A DNA stretch of 63,118 nt, counting the filler, from Chiloscyllium plagiosum (Eukaryota): NCBI RefSeq assembly GCF_004010195.1. It is 5 parts of one record of this genome, joined end to end, with 100 filler letters (N's around TTAATTAATTAA, not from the genome) between each part and the next. Parts side by side here need not be neighbours in the genome. Positions count along the whole stretch, not along the records: positions 1 to 9,579 come from NC_057712.1; positions 9,680 to 25,089 come from NC_057712.1; 3 more parts are not named here. One strand, written 5' to 3'. Position numbers and translations under genes: made by a program. Shown here one piece after another: positions 1 to 12,200 of this stretch. The notes below the pieces were generated by a model. The model was not told the origin of the DNA, made no database searches, and saw only the letters and a list, made by a program, of their open reading frames with translations. The number at the start of each line of letters is the position of its first letter. Position 1 is the stretch's first letter.

Positions 1-1013
1 GATATGGGAGTTTCCTTTGGGGCCTTGGAGGGAGGTGAGGGGGGAGGTGTGGGCGCAAGTCTTGCACCTCCTGCGGTTGCAGGGGAAGGTGCTGGGAGTG
101 GAGGTTGGGTTGGTGGGGGGTGTGGATCTGACGAGGGAGTCACTGAGGGAGTGGTCTTTACGGAATGCTGATAGGGGAGGGGAGGGAGATATATCCTTGG
201 TGGTGGGGTCCGTTTGGAGGTAGCGAAATGATGGTGGATGATGCGCTGTACATGGAGATTACCGTAAAGACCACTCCCTCTGTGACTCCCTCGTCAGATC
301 CACACCCCCCACCAACCCACCCTCCACTCCCGGCACCTTCCCCTGCAACCGCAGGAGGTGCAAGACTTGCGCCCTCACCTCCCTCCAAGGCCCCAAAGGA
401 AACTTCCATATCCGCCACAGATTCACCTGTACCACCCCACATATCATCTATTGCATCCTTTGCACCCGATGTGGCCTCCTCTATATTGGGGGGACAGGCC
501 GGCTACTTGCGGAGCGTTTCAGAGAACACCTCTGGGACACCCGGACGAACCAACCCAACCACCCTGTAGCTCAACATTTCAATTCCCCCTCCCACTCCAC
601 CAAGGATATGCAGGTCTTTGGATTCCTCCATCGTCAGACCACAGCGAAACGACGGTTGGAGGAAGAATGCCTCATCTTCCGGCTAGGAACGCTCCAACCA
701 CAAGGGATGAACTCGGGTTTCACCAGTTTCCTCATTTCCCCTCCCCCCACCTTGTCTCAGTCTAATCCATCGAATTCAGCACCGCCTTCCTAACCTGCAA
801 TCTTCTTCCCGACCTCTCCGCCCCCACCCCAGTCTGGCCTATCACCCTTACCTTGACCTCTTTCCACCTATCACATTTCCGGCGCCCCTCCCCCAAGTCC
901 CTCCTCCCTACCTTTTATCTTAGCCTGCTGGACAAACTTTCCTCATTCCTGAAGAAGGGCTTATGCCCGAAACGTCGATTCTCCTGTTCCCTGGATGCTG
1001 CCTGACCTGCTGC
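1..1013 (+). mobile_element. Penelope-like element (family A): GIY-YIG endonuclease 3' part plus terminal repeat, preceded by an inverted copy of its body (1-258, minus)
   Basis: Translation gives PGTFPCNRRRCKTC ... HIIYCILCTRCGLLYIG(G)TGRLLAERFREH ... LIFRLGTLQPQGMN (PLE GIY-YIG domain). Part of 1-258 is the reverse complement of ~260-410. It ends in the ctgaagaagggcttatgcccgaaacg repeat. Confidence 0.85.
945..980 (+). ncRNA. Minimal hammerhead ribozyme motif, PLE family A
   Basis: TC-CTGAAGA-A-GGGC(TTAT)GCCC-GAA-ACGT-C-GA: CUGANGA and GAAA core boxes, 4-bp stem II, palindromic ACGT, GUC triplet. Further copies near 9701, 34643, 42503, 57446 (+) and 34584, 42181, 48146, 48691, 50568, 56664 (-). 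Confidence 0.7.
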
Positions 1014-1029
1014 ATCCTTCTATGGTCCC

Positions 1030-1320
1030 CTATATCACAGGTGCCATTCTTCACCCAAATTGATTTACTCCATGTGGTATCAAGAAATGATTGGAGACAC
1101 TGAAAACTACAAATACATTGGGCTCTGACAACATCCTGGCAATAGTACTAATGACTTGTGTTCCAGAACTTGCCACACATGTAGCCAAGCTGTGCGAGTA
1201 GTTAAAACACAGTATCTACGGATAATGTGGAAAATTCCCAAGTGTATCCTGTTCACAAAAGGCAAGACAAATCTAACCCAACTAATTATTGCCCCATCAG
1301 TCTACTCTCGATCACCACCT
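1030..1320 (+). mobile_element. Old CR1/L2-group LINE ORF2 fragment (second family)
   Basis: Decayed G(P/S)DNI.AIVL.TC.PELA...AKL ... AQV.PVHK.QDKSN..NY.PISLLS motif upstream of the RT domain. The same family occurs at 39900-42115. Confidence 0.6.
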
Positions 1321-1348
1321 GCATGTCGATTATACAAACATTTCTCTC

Positions 1349-1731
1349 AGAAAATTTTGAAAAGATTTGTAGCTCAGGTTGAGGTTCTGGATGTAAGTTT
1401 GCTCATTGAGCTAGAAGGTTCATTTTCAGATGTTTCATCACCATGTAAGGTAACATCAGTCAGCCTCCGGATGAAGCACTGGTGGTATGGCCAGCTGCTT
1501 GTTTATGTGTTTAGATTTCCTTTGGTTGGTGATGTCATTTCCTGTGGTGATGAGAACAGGAAATGGCATCACCACTGGAAATGACATTCACCAACTCAAG
1601 GAAGCCTAATCACAAACAAAAAGTGGGCCATACTACCAGTGCTTCATCCGGAGGCTCACTCATGATGTTACCTAGTATGGTGATGAACCGTCTGAAAATG
1701 AACCTTGCAGCTCAATGAACAAACCTACATC
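1349..1731. mobile_element. PLE family C (Poseidon-like) terminal repeats in inverted arrangement
   Basis: ~1349-1555 is the reverse complement of the sequence type in ~1556-1731. Both carry a decayed ctgatgatgttacc-tagtat-ggtgacgaaacgtctg motif. Imperfect flanking duplication caaacatttctctc (1335-1348) / caaatatctctctt (1732-1745). Confidence 0.7.
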
Positions 1732-1964
1732 CAAATATCTCTCTTTTGGATAAGGCCCACTGTTGTTTGATGTGCAATTGTAAAGCTAAAGGCTGATGAA
1801 CACAGGATAGATCTGGACTACTGGTGGGGTTGATGTTGGTTTCTATGCATCTATAACCTCAAATTTATATAAAGTGTCTGGTTACCTATTTCCATATGAT
1901 TGGGACTAGGGGAAGATTGTGACTAGGGGGAAGGAGATTGAAACTGGGTGATTACATTTTTTTA

Positions 1965-2252
1965 AGATTAGATTACTTAGTGTGGAAACAGGCCTTTTGG
2001 CCCAACAAGTCCACACCAACCCGCAACCCACCCATACCCCTACACCTAACACTACGGGCAATTTAGCATGGCCAATTCACCTGACCTGCACATCTTTGGA
2101 TTGTGGGAGGAAACCGGAGCACCTGGAGGAAACCCACACAGACACAGGGAGAATGTGCAAACTCCACACAGTCAGTCGCCCGAGGCGGGAATTGAACCAG
2201 GTCTCTGGCGCTGTGAGGCAGCAGTGCTAACCACTGTGCCACCGTGCTGCCC
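1965..2252 (-). mobile_element. HE1-type tRNA-derived SINE
   Basis: Minus strand: tRNA-like head ggtggcacagtggttag (A box) ... ggttcaattcc (B box), central tgtgtggagtttgcacattctccc domain, CR1-like tail ending (aatct)n. Confidence 0.9.
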
Positions 2253-2326
2253 ACAAATTAGCAATGGACGATCAGAATTGTAGGGATGCTACAGAGATTG
2301 GAACTGGAGGTGAACCTGGGACTGGG

Positions 2327-3040
2327 ACATAGAACCATAGAAATGACACAGCATAGAAAGGGGCCATTTGGACCTTCTTGTTGATGCTGACCCAAAGACA
2401 CCCAGATACCATTTCTAATCCCATCAAACTGCACATAGCCCATAGTCCTGCAACTTATAGCACTAACTGAACTTTTTGAAAGAGTTTAGTGTCTCTGCCT
2501 CCAATTCCACACACCCACAAACCTCTGCATAAAAAAAATTGTCATGTTCTCTTTCGTCCTTCTGCCACTTAGCTTGAGTCTATAGCGGCAGTTTCTGAAC
2601 TCTCTCCAAAGGGTTATTGTTTTTCCTGCCTTGTGCACACAATTTTGTATGCCTCAACAAGTCACCACTCAGCTTTCTCTGTTCCAAGAATAAACAATCC
2701 CAACCTCTCCAATTTATCCTCGTAATCCTGGAACCATTCTCTCCACAGCAATTACACCTTTCCTGTAGTATGATGACCAGAACCACACACAATATTCCAG
2801 TTACTGCTTCACCAATGTCTGATACAATTTCATCATTATATCCCTATTTTGTATTCTATACCTCTGCCAGTGAAGCAGAGCATTCCATTTTCCTTCTTTA
2901 CAACCTATCTACCTGTACTGCTACCCTTAGGGACCTCCACACTTGTATGCCAAGATCTCTCACTTTATCTATCCATCTTAGTATATTCGCATTTATTGTG
3001 CATTCCCTTTTATTGTTTAACCTTCTTAAAATGCATTACG
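2327..3040 (-). mobile_element. CR1 LINE 3' fragment (decayed)
   Basis: catagaa-type tail at 2327. The minus strand gives CLFLEQRKLSGDL, matching the CR1 ORF2 C-terminal LFSLE.RRLRGDL motif. Confidence 0.75.
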
Positions 3041-3084
3041 TGGGATAATGTATAAGGATTTGATTCTAATTTGAGTACCATTTG

Positions 3085-3320
3085 TGCACAATGTACCAGG
3101 AATAGATTCTACACTCACTTCGTCCAAATTATAATGTAAATTATCGCAGGATTCGATTCCGCACTTACTGTGTACAGATTATAATTTACCAGGACTATTC
3201 TGCAATCAGTGTGTACAGGATACAATGTACCAAGACTATTCTGCAATCACTCTGTACAGGGTATAATGTACTAGGGCTATTCCGTAATCACTGTGTACAG
3301 GTGATAATGCACTATTCTGA
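3085..3320. repeat. Degenerate ~41-bp minisatellite
   Basis: Units ctgtgtacag..tataatgtaccaggactattctgcaatca recur at about 3169, 3210, 3250 and 3291. Confidence 0.75.
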
Positions 3321-3361
3321 CTTATTGTGGACCGGAATTTTACAATTGTTGAAGGAATTTC

Positions 3362-3600
3362 GGAGATAGTGAGAACTGCAGATGCTGGAGTAGTCAAACT
3401 CAATAAAGTGTGGTGCTGGAAAACGCACAGCAAGTCAGGCAGCATCTGAGGAGCAAGAGGGTTGACATTTTGGGCTTGACCCTTCATCAGGGTTGGGGAG
3501 GAGGAAGGGGGCTGAGAAATAAATGGGGAGGAGGTGGAGCTTGGGGAAAGGTGATTGTGATAGATGGGCAAAGGTAAGATAGGTTGATGAAACAGTCCAT
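3362..3600 (-). mobile_element. PLE terminal repeat (family A-related) with hammerhead-like core
   Basis: gtgagaactgcagatgctggag end. Minus strand has cctgatgaagggtcaagcccaaaatgtc. Confidence 0.7.
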
Positions 3601-3639
3601 CAGAAGGATCAGACATGATGTCTCAACATCCCAGTTTCC

Positions 3640-4368
3640 TTTGGATGCGAGCATAAGAGGTACAGTTAGTAAGTTTGCAGATGACACCAAAATTGGAGGT
3701 GTAGTGGACAGCGAAGAGGGTTACCTCAGATTACAACAGGATCTTGACCAGATGGGCCAATGGGCTGAGAAGTGGCAGATGGAGTTTAATTCAGATAAAT
3801 GTGAATGGCTTTGTATTCTATGGTGATGAACTTGCTAACCCATGTGTTATGTGGACCCTTGCTGAATGTCTTTCTGAAGTCTAAGTTAGTGATTTCCATG
3901 CACAAAGCCATGCTGACTATCCCTAATCATTCTTGTCTTTCCAATTACATGTACATCCTGCCCCTTATAAGCCCTTCCAACAACTTGTCTTCTACTGACT
4001 TCAGGCTCACCGGTCTATAGTTTGCTGACTTTTCCTCACCAACTTTCTCAAATGTTGGCACCAGTCTTCCAGCAACTAGTCCAGAACTAGAGGGCATAGG
4101 TTTAGGGTGACAGGGTAAAGATATAAAAGAGACCGAATTGGCAACTTTTTCACGCAGAGGGTGCATGTAATCAGCTGCCAGAGGAAGTGGTAGAGGCAGG
4201 TACAATTGCAACATTTAAGAGGCATTTGGATGGATATATGAATAAGAAGGGTTTGGAGGGATATGGGCTGGGTGCTGGCAGATGGGACTAGATTGGGTTG
4301 GGATATCTGGTCGGCATGGACAGGTTGGACCGAAGGGTCTGTTTCCATGCTGTACATCTCTATGACTC
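3640..4368. mobile_element. Rearranged CR1 fragments (RT +, RT -, 3' end +)
   Basis: VSKFADDTKIGGVVDSEEG..LQQDLD (+, 3640-3805), ANYRPVSLKSV (-, ~3900-4075), and a 3' UTR ending ctatgactc (+, ~4078-4368). Confidence 0.8.
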
Positions 4369-4799
4369 CATTAGGCTGTTCATGCATTGTCTATGCAAGG
4401 GACCAATTTAAACTTCCTTCAAGTATGCATAACATTAGTTCCTGAAATTAGGCTCGACAAAACCCAAACATGGCAGAAACAGTTGGAGATTAAATCCACT
4501 ACACTTACAAACCAACTATAAACTTACATAATTATATTATATATTATAATAATTCATGATTTTATTAGCAAATCCTGATTTCTAAGAGTTTGTCTCCTAA
4601 TTTAGAAGATGGCTTTGGAATGACTGCACACTTCAAAATTATGAACCCAGGGTCAGGCTGACTATTCTCTTTATTTATCAATCACTAACATGTAAACTCA
4701 GATCTCCCACAAGTACTCCAGTTGCGCACAGCTTTCTCAAAAAAAGCTGAAATTTTTAAATCTACCCTCGGAATATTGAGTATGACAGCAATACGGGAT

Positions 4800-6435
4800 A
4801 CAAAATGAAGCAGAGCATGATAGATGAAAAAGACACATCCCTGCCTGGCAGGCTCAATGCTTTCTATACTCAGTTTGAGCAGAATACCAGTGGCACAGTG
4901 ATGCCTGCCCAACAGCCGCAGACACACCTGTTCCCTCGGTCACACTGCAGATGTCAGATCAGTTTTCCTGGGAGTCAACCCAAGAGAGGGGCCAAATGGT
5001 GACCCCAGCCCAGCACACAGATCCTGTGTGGATCTACTAGCATTGACATTTTCAACCTCTCCCTCCAATAGGTCGAAGTTCCTGCCTACTTCAAGATGAC
5101 CACCATCATCCCCATACCTAAGAAAGCACATCCAATGTGCCATAATGACTACTGCCCAATGGGTCTGATCTCAATGATCATGAAGTGCTTCGAAAGGCTG
5201 GTCATGGCCCACATCAACTCCAGCCTGTCTCAATTCACTACAATTTTCCTGCTAATCCAACAGGTCAATAAGTCTTATTCCCAGCCCTGCACTCATCTCT
5301 GAAACATCTGGACAACAAGGACATCCACATCATACTCCTGCTCATTGAAGGCGGAGCTGTAGTCAACACATTATCCCCTCCAGACAGATCTCAAAACCCC
5401 GTGATCTTGGTCTTGATTCTGCTCTCTGCAACTGGATCCTCAGCTTTCTGACCCATAGACCGCAATCAGTTAAGATAGGTAACTGCACCTTCTCCACAAT
5501 GACACTCAACATTGGAGCCCTGCAAAGATGTGTCGTCAGCCCCCTAATGTACTTCCTGTACACCTGTGTTGCCAAATTTAAACAAACATCATCTGCAAGT
5601 TTGCTGCTGACACCACCATAGTAGAACAGATACCTAACAATGACGAGTAAAAACACAGAAGGATGATAGAGGCCTTGGTGGTGTGGTGCAAGAGAACAAC
5701 CTCTCTCTCAACGTCGGTAAAAATTAAAGAACTGCTTACTGACTTCAGAAAGAAAAGAGCAGAACATGCCCCCATCTAAATCAACAGAACTGAGGCTGAG
5801 ACAGTGAGGGCATCACGTTCCTCAGGGTGATAATAACCGACAACTTTACACATTGATACGAAGGTCAAGAAGGTGCAACAATGCCTCTTCATCCTCAGGC
5901 GGCTCAGGAAATTTGGCATGTTCACAATGATCCTCACAGCTTCTACAGATGCACCATTGAAAGCATACTGTCTGGGAGCATAACAGCCTGGTATGGCAAT
6001 GGCTCTGCCCAGGACTGTAAGAAACTATAGAAGTAGCTGGCACAGCCCAGGCCATCATAGAAGCCAACGTTCCACTATAGATTCTATTTACATGTCTCGT
6101 TGCCACAGAAAGGCTGTCAACCCCGGTAATGATCTCCGATAACATCTTGCATCAGTAGAAGATACAGAAGCCTGAACAAACTCACCAGCAGGCTGAGGAA
6201 CAGTTTCTTCCTAGCCGTTATTCAACTGATGAATGCACTCTCTAGCCTCAAATAATGCTGAATCTTGCTCACATTGATTTTTCCTAGCACACGCCCTGTA
6301 CAATGTAACAGGTATGCCACTGCTTAGGTCTTTTTACAACCTCTGATCTGAATATCCTTGCTTACTATGATCTGCCTGTACTGCTTTTAAACAAAGCTTT
6401 GCACTGTATTTCGGTACACATGACAATAAATCAAT
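4800..6435 (+). mobile_element. Rex1/Babar-clade LINE, 5'-truncated and decayed
   Basis: RLNAFYTQFE, TTIIPIPKK...[54 protein letters not shown]. Tail ctttgcactgtatttcggtacacatgacaataaa. Confidence 0.8.
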
Positions 6436-7198
6436 GTGTACACAAGATCAATATTGACTGCACGATCAAAGAAACAACGTTTGAACGTAAACCATTTTAA
6501 GGTTTAAATCGGAGAATATCTTATAGCCCTACAAACCTCTAAGATCTCTATGCTCTTCTAATTCTGGGCTCGAAGGTGTTCCTGATTTTAATTCTCTTTT
6601 TAATAGGTGGCCAATAATATAATCACTCTTTGGAAAGTGAAAACTGCACAGAGAGACATTATGTTACGAAGTATGAATAAAATGCTGGATTTCCCAGAAC
6701 GTTTGTGTGGATGCCATGGAAGCTTGCATCATTAATATGAAATTGAGGAAAATTCAATTCCACATTAACTATTCTGTCTGAGTTTCAGTTCAATCATTGT
6801 GCCAGTTCCTGAATGCAATGTGACTGTTGTGCAAGAGTACTGAGGTCTTGTAGTTAGGAAATGCTTCTTCACATCTTAAGGTGTCAGAATGTCAAGCATT
6901 CCTTCTTCTCTTAAACTGGTCCATACTTGTCATTGTTATCGCTTCTTACCACAGGCACACATGTAATAGGATCACTCCCTTTGCTAGATTAGTAATCTAG
7001 TCTTTTAATTGTGAATAATACTATTGCCAGGAGTGCCATGAACTGCTCATGTTTTAAATACAAATTCCACAATCACATGCAAGAAAAACACTCTTAAACT
7101 TAGTTTATGCGGTTGCGATAAAACAGAAAGATACACCTCCAGCAGACCGATGGCAGGACAAAGACTGGTGGCAGGATAAAAAGTAGTGAACTACTTAC

Positions 7199-7252
7199 CG
7201 GAGGCCCAACAAGACCTGGTTCTCCAAGATCACCGACTGGTCCCTGTTCACC
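7199..7252 (-). CDS. Internal coding exon of a collagen gene (54 bp, six Gly-X-Y triplets: GEQGPVGDLGEPGLVGPP)
   Basis: Minus strand reads tgctttcctcttaacaacag|GGT GAA CAG GGA CCA GTC GGT GAT CTT GGA GAA CCA GGT CTT GTT GGG CCT CCG|gtaagt. It has a pyrimidine tract plus AG acceptor, a consensus GTAAGT donor, phase 0-0, exactly 54 nt and Gly at every third codon. The paralogue cannot be assigned from 18 aa. Confidence 0.93.
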
Positions 7253-7947
7253 CTGTTGTTAAGAGGAAAGCATTTTAAATTCTGTGACGCCATAAATTCA
7301 GGTTTTTACTTCAGCTTTACCCTAGTTGTAAGTTTACTTACAAATCACTTTTAGAACCATGCATTGGTACTGCACAGATCATCAAGGAGTTCATGCTCCT
7401 GATGCAGAGCATAATGTTATTATCCACAACGTCTCCTATTTTGGTCATTATTTTAAAAAGCATTCTTAATTTCTTAATTGATCTGCCCGGTTTTGCTTTT
7501 GGTAATTATGACTATATTCTACCCAAAATTGGTAAAGTGATCAGAGTTATGGACTTCAAAATGCAATTGGGACAACATTAATCCTAAGACACATGTCAAT
7601 TCGTCAAAACTTGTGCAGGTAGTTACTGTGGCCACTTGTCCCCCAAAGTCCTGTCCATTCCCAGGTGGCCCTGAGAATATACAGTGTCCACTGGTACACA
7701 GACGTCTTTCTGTAACTGAGGCACCACAGGAGCTAGAGTAAATAGGACATAGTTGGTTCCCTGTGGTTTCTGTTTTGCATGCTTTGCTTCCTTGTCTCTT
7801 CAAAACAAAAACAGCACTTTTCATTGATAACCAGGGATAGTCCTCAGAATTCTTGTTGTTCTAATTGCGAAAAAAAACAAGTAACTGGCTGTGGGTTTCA
7901 CATTTAGCTATGATTGAAGTAAATTACAGAACCAAGAAACAATTGAC

Positions 7948-9579
7948 TGGTTAGGCCACTTCTGGAATACTGCATCCATTTCTGGTCTCCCTGCTATAGG
8001 AAGGACGTTGTGAAACTTGAAAACGTTCAGAAAAGCTTTACAAGGATGTTGCCAGGGTTGGAGAGTTTGAGTCATAGAGAGAGGATGAATGGGTTGAGGT
8101 TATTTTCCCTGGAGCATCAGAGGCAGAGAGGTGACCTTATAGAGGTTTATAAAATCATGAGGGGTATGGGTTAGCCAAGGTCTTTTACCCGGTGTGTGGA
8201 GTCAAAAACTAGAGGACATAGGTTCAAGGCGTGAGGCGAAAGATTAAAAGGGACTGAAGGGGCAATTGTTTCATGCAGAGGGTGGTGCATGTATGGAATA
8301 TGCTGCCAGAGGATGTGGTGGAGGCTGATACAATTACCATTAGACCACAAGACATCAGAGCAGAAATGAGGCCATTCAGCCCTTTGAGCCTACTCCACTA
8401 TTCATCATGGCTGATAAATTTCTCAACTCCATTCTCCTACTTTCTCCCCAAACCTTCTGATCCCCTTGACAGTCAAGAACCTAATGATCTCAGTTTTAAA
8501 TATACTCAGCAACCTGGCTTCCACAGCCTTCAGTGGCATTGAATTCCATAAATTCACCATTCTCTGCCTGAAGAAGTTCCTCTTCATCTCCAATATACTC
8601 TCTTTACTCTAAGGCTGTGCCCTCGAGTCCTCGTCTCTCTTGCTAATAGAAACATCTTTGCAATGTCCACTCTGTCAGTATTCTGTAAGTTTCAATTAGA
8701 TCACCCCTCATCCTTCTAAACACAATCGAATATAGTCCCAGAGTCCTCAAATGTTCCTCATGTGTTAAGCCTTTCATTCCTGGGACAATTCTCATGAACC
8801 TCCTGTTGGACCCGCACCAGGGCCAGTACTTTCACAGGTAGGAGGCCCAAAATTGCTCACAATATTCTAAACGTGGTCTGACCAGAGCCTTAGAAAGCAT
8901 CAGAAATGCATCACAGCTTTTGTATCCTCGGCCCTTTGAAATGAATGCAGATATTGTATTTGCCTTCTGAACTACTGACTCAACCTGCAAGTTTATCTTA
9001 AGAGAAATCTGAACTCGGACTCCAAAATCCCTTTGCACTTCAGATTTCTGAATTTTCTTCCCATTTCAAAAATAGACTATGCCTCTTCCCTTGTGTACCC
9101 CACCACAACCTGCTCCAAAGAGCCATCTCGTAGACATTCCACAAATTCCTTTTCTTGCAGTCCACTACTAACCTGATTTTCCTAGTACACCTGCAGTTTG
9201 AAATTCCCATGATCACTGTAACCCTGCCTTTCTTACCTGCCTTACCTATCTCCTGGTAAAATGCTGACATCACACTTTCCCACATTGTATTCCATCTGCC
9301 ACTTCTTTGCCCACTCTCCTAACTGGTTTAAATCCTTCTGTTGCCTCCCCACCTCTTCATAGAACATAGAACATAGAAGAATACAGCGCAGTACAGGCCC
9401 TTTGGCCCTCGATGTTGCGCCGATCCAAGCCCACCTAACCTATACTAACCCACTATCCTCCATATACCTATCCAATGCCCGCTTAAATGCCCATAAAGAG
9501 GGAGAGTCCACCACTGCTACTGGCAGGGCATTCCATGAACTTACGACTCGCTGAGTGAAGAACCTACCTTCAGTCCTAT
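7948..9579. mobile_element. Cluster of CR1 3' fragments (7948-8337 +; 8340-9350 -; 9359-9579 -)
   Basis: LVRP(L/R)LEYC motifs on both strands, MQRVVHVWNMLPE, and an (agaacat)n tail at 9359. Confidence 0.8.
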
Positions 9580-10805
9580 NNNNNNNNNNNNNNNNNNNNN
9601 NNNNNNNNNNNNNNNNNNNNNNNTTAATTAATTAANNNNNNNNNNNNNNNNNNNNNNNNNNNNNNNNNNNNNNNNNNNNCTGGGCACACTTTCCTCATTC
9701 CTGAAGAAGGACTTATGCCCGAAACGTCAATTCTCCTGTTCCTTGGATGCTGCCTGACCTGCTGCGCTTTTCCAGCAACACATTTTCAGCTCTAAAACTA
9801 ACCTTGTTAGTCTTTTCTGCATCTTCACGTTATTCTTAAAAGGTGCTGCCTTGAATTTACACAATGCTCCTGGTGAAACTGAGCCAGTTTAATCCAGATT
9901 TATTAATTTCTGTGAGTTTACACTCGGCGCATCTGTTTATAAAGTCAAGAATCCTGTAAAACCTCAACCATTTATTCATCCTGTCCCAATACCATCAACA
10001 ATTTATGATCATAAAACCCCAACTCCCTCTGCTTCTGTCCCCATTGAAAATTGTTTGCTTGTTTTGTATTGTCTTTTCTTGTTCTTCCTACAAAAAAAGT
10101 ATAATTTCACATTTGACAACATTAACCTGTATCCATTAATTTCACACCATTCTATATCAAATGTGATCAATATAGATGAAGGCAAGCAATGGTACAATCA
10201 TTGACCCCTGAGGAAACACTATAAAGGTTCCTCATTGCCTGAGAAACAATGTTTCACCACTACTCTCTGTTTCTTGTCATTTAGCCAAATGTGTCTCAAT
10301 GCTGCCCTTTTATTCTATTGACTTCAACATTGCTGACAGCTTGTAAAATGGCACTTTAACAGCTCATTTGGAAGCCCATGTACACCCTAGTTAATTCAGT
10401 TACCTCATCAAAAAACTCAAGAAAGTTAGTTTCGCCTTTAACAAATCCAAACTCACTCCCCTTAATTATATTACACTTGTCCAAATGAGTTTATTTTGTC
10501 CAGAATAATTGTTTCTAAAAGCTTTCTCACCATTGTTTAGTTTTTTTATTGTTCACTCAATTTGAACACCAGTATGAAAATGCTTCTGAATAACTCTTAT
10601 TTTCTGAATAACTCTCTATGTTCTTTGTGAACCACAATGCTTGAGCTGGCAATTGCACATGTATTTGAAATCAGAAAATTATTCTTTGTATTGCAACACA
10701 GAGTTGGAGGGTTTTAGCTATAGGGAGAGACTCAGAGGACTGGGGCCATTTCCCCTGCAGCGTCAGAGGCTAAGGGGTGAACATCTAGAGGTTTATAACA
10801 TCATG

Positions 10806-12200
10806 TTAAAAATCACACAACACCAGGTTATAGTCCAACAGGTTTAATTGGAAGCACTAGCTTTCGGAGCGCCGCACCTTCATCAGGTGGTTGTGGAGGA
10901 CACAATTGTAAGACACAGAATTTATAGCAAACGTTTGCAGTGTAATGTAACTGAAATTATACATTGAAAAATACCTTGGTTGTTTGTTGAGTCTTTCATC
11001 TGTTTGAATACCATGATAGTTTCACTTCTTTCATACGTAAATCACAAAACTTTTTTTAAAAAGTTACATTCTCAGGTTAACTGTAACAATTGGTGTTAGC
11101 CAGATAATATGTTGAAGGTGTTAGCCCCCTGTGTGCTGTTGTCTGTGCCATAATGTTTAGACTGATTCTAATCTAAAAAGTGAGTTAACAGAGTCTTACA
11201 TGAATTCATGCAGCTTTTGAGCAAAGTACAATGTAACTCTGCAAGTACAANNNNNNNNNNNNNNNNNNNNNNNNNNNNNNNNNNNNNNNNNNNNNNNNNN
11301 NNNNNNNNNNNNNNNNNNNNNNNNNNNNNNNNNNNNNNNNNNNNNNNNNNNNNNNNNNNNNNNNNNNNNNNNNNNNNNNNNNNNNNNNNNNNNNNNNNNN
11401 NNNNNNNNNNNNNNNNNNNNNNNNNNNNNNNNNNNNNNNNNNNNNNNNNNNNNNNNNNNNNNNNNNNNNNNNNNNNNNNCACTCACACACACACATAAAC
11501 ACTCTCTCTCACAGACACTCACAACCCCCCACCTCAGACACACACGGACACACATGCTCCCACAATCACACATGCACCCCCTCACAGACTTAGACACACT
11601 ACACTCACACACACATACACTCTCTCACACTCACAACCCGCCACCCTCGACAGACAGACGGACAGACACACACACACACAAAATCAACATGCACACATAT
11701 ACATATATGTTTGTGGGGTGAATTTGTACTTGCAGAGTTACATTGTATTTTGCTCAAAAAACTGCATGAATTCATGTAAGACTCTGTTAACTCACTTTTT
11801 AGATTAGAATCAGTCTAAACGTTATGGCACAGATGGAGAACACAGTGGGCTAACACCTTCAACATATTATCTGGCTAACACCAATTGTTACAGTTAACCT
11901 GAGAATGTAACTTTTAAAAAAACGTTTTGAGATTTACATATGAAAGGAGCGAAACTATCATGGTATTTGAACAGATGAAAGACTCAACAGACAATCAAGG
12001 TATTTTTCAATGTATAATTTCAGTTACATCACACTGCAAACTTTTGCTATAAATTCTGTCTGCAATTGTGTCCTCCACAACCACCTGATGAAGGTGCGTC
12101 GCTCCGAAAGCTAGTGCTTCCAATTAAACCTGTTGGACTATAACCCGGTGTTGTGTGATTTTTACCTTTGTACACCCTAGTCCAACACCGGGATCTCCAA
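10806..12200. mobile_element. PLE family B element: ~445-bp inverted terminal repeats around an (AC)n-rich core, inserted in a CR1 3' fragment
   Basis: 10806-11250 is the reverse complement of ~11723-12165. Flanking duplication ttataacatcatg / ttatgacatcatg. Host CR1 is 10700-10805 and continues at ~12205-12697. Confidence 0.8.
12082..12116 (+). ncRNA. Minimal hammerhead ribozyme motif, PLE family B
   Basis: CAC-CTGATGA-A-GGTGC(GTC)GCTCC-GAA-AGCT-A-GTG: stem I CAC/GTG, palindromic AGCT, CUA triplet. Inverted copy at 10855-10889. Variant TCAC...AGCT-T-GTGA near 60456-60492. Confidence 0.7.

Noticed and set aside
1982..2283. Recurrent ORFs such as CGRKPEHPEETHADTGR and MCCWKSAAGQAAS seen at many loci
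   Set aside because: These are incidental translations of HE1 SINE and PLE terminal repeats, not a gene family.
9580..9679. Palindromic ttaattaattaa centred in N runs (also 25090-25189, 42272-42371, 61363-61462)
   Set aside because: An identical 44N+12+44N = 100-bp construct four times, with stops in all six frames: an artificial scaffolding spacer, not biology.
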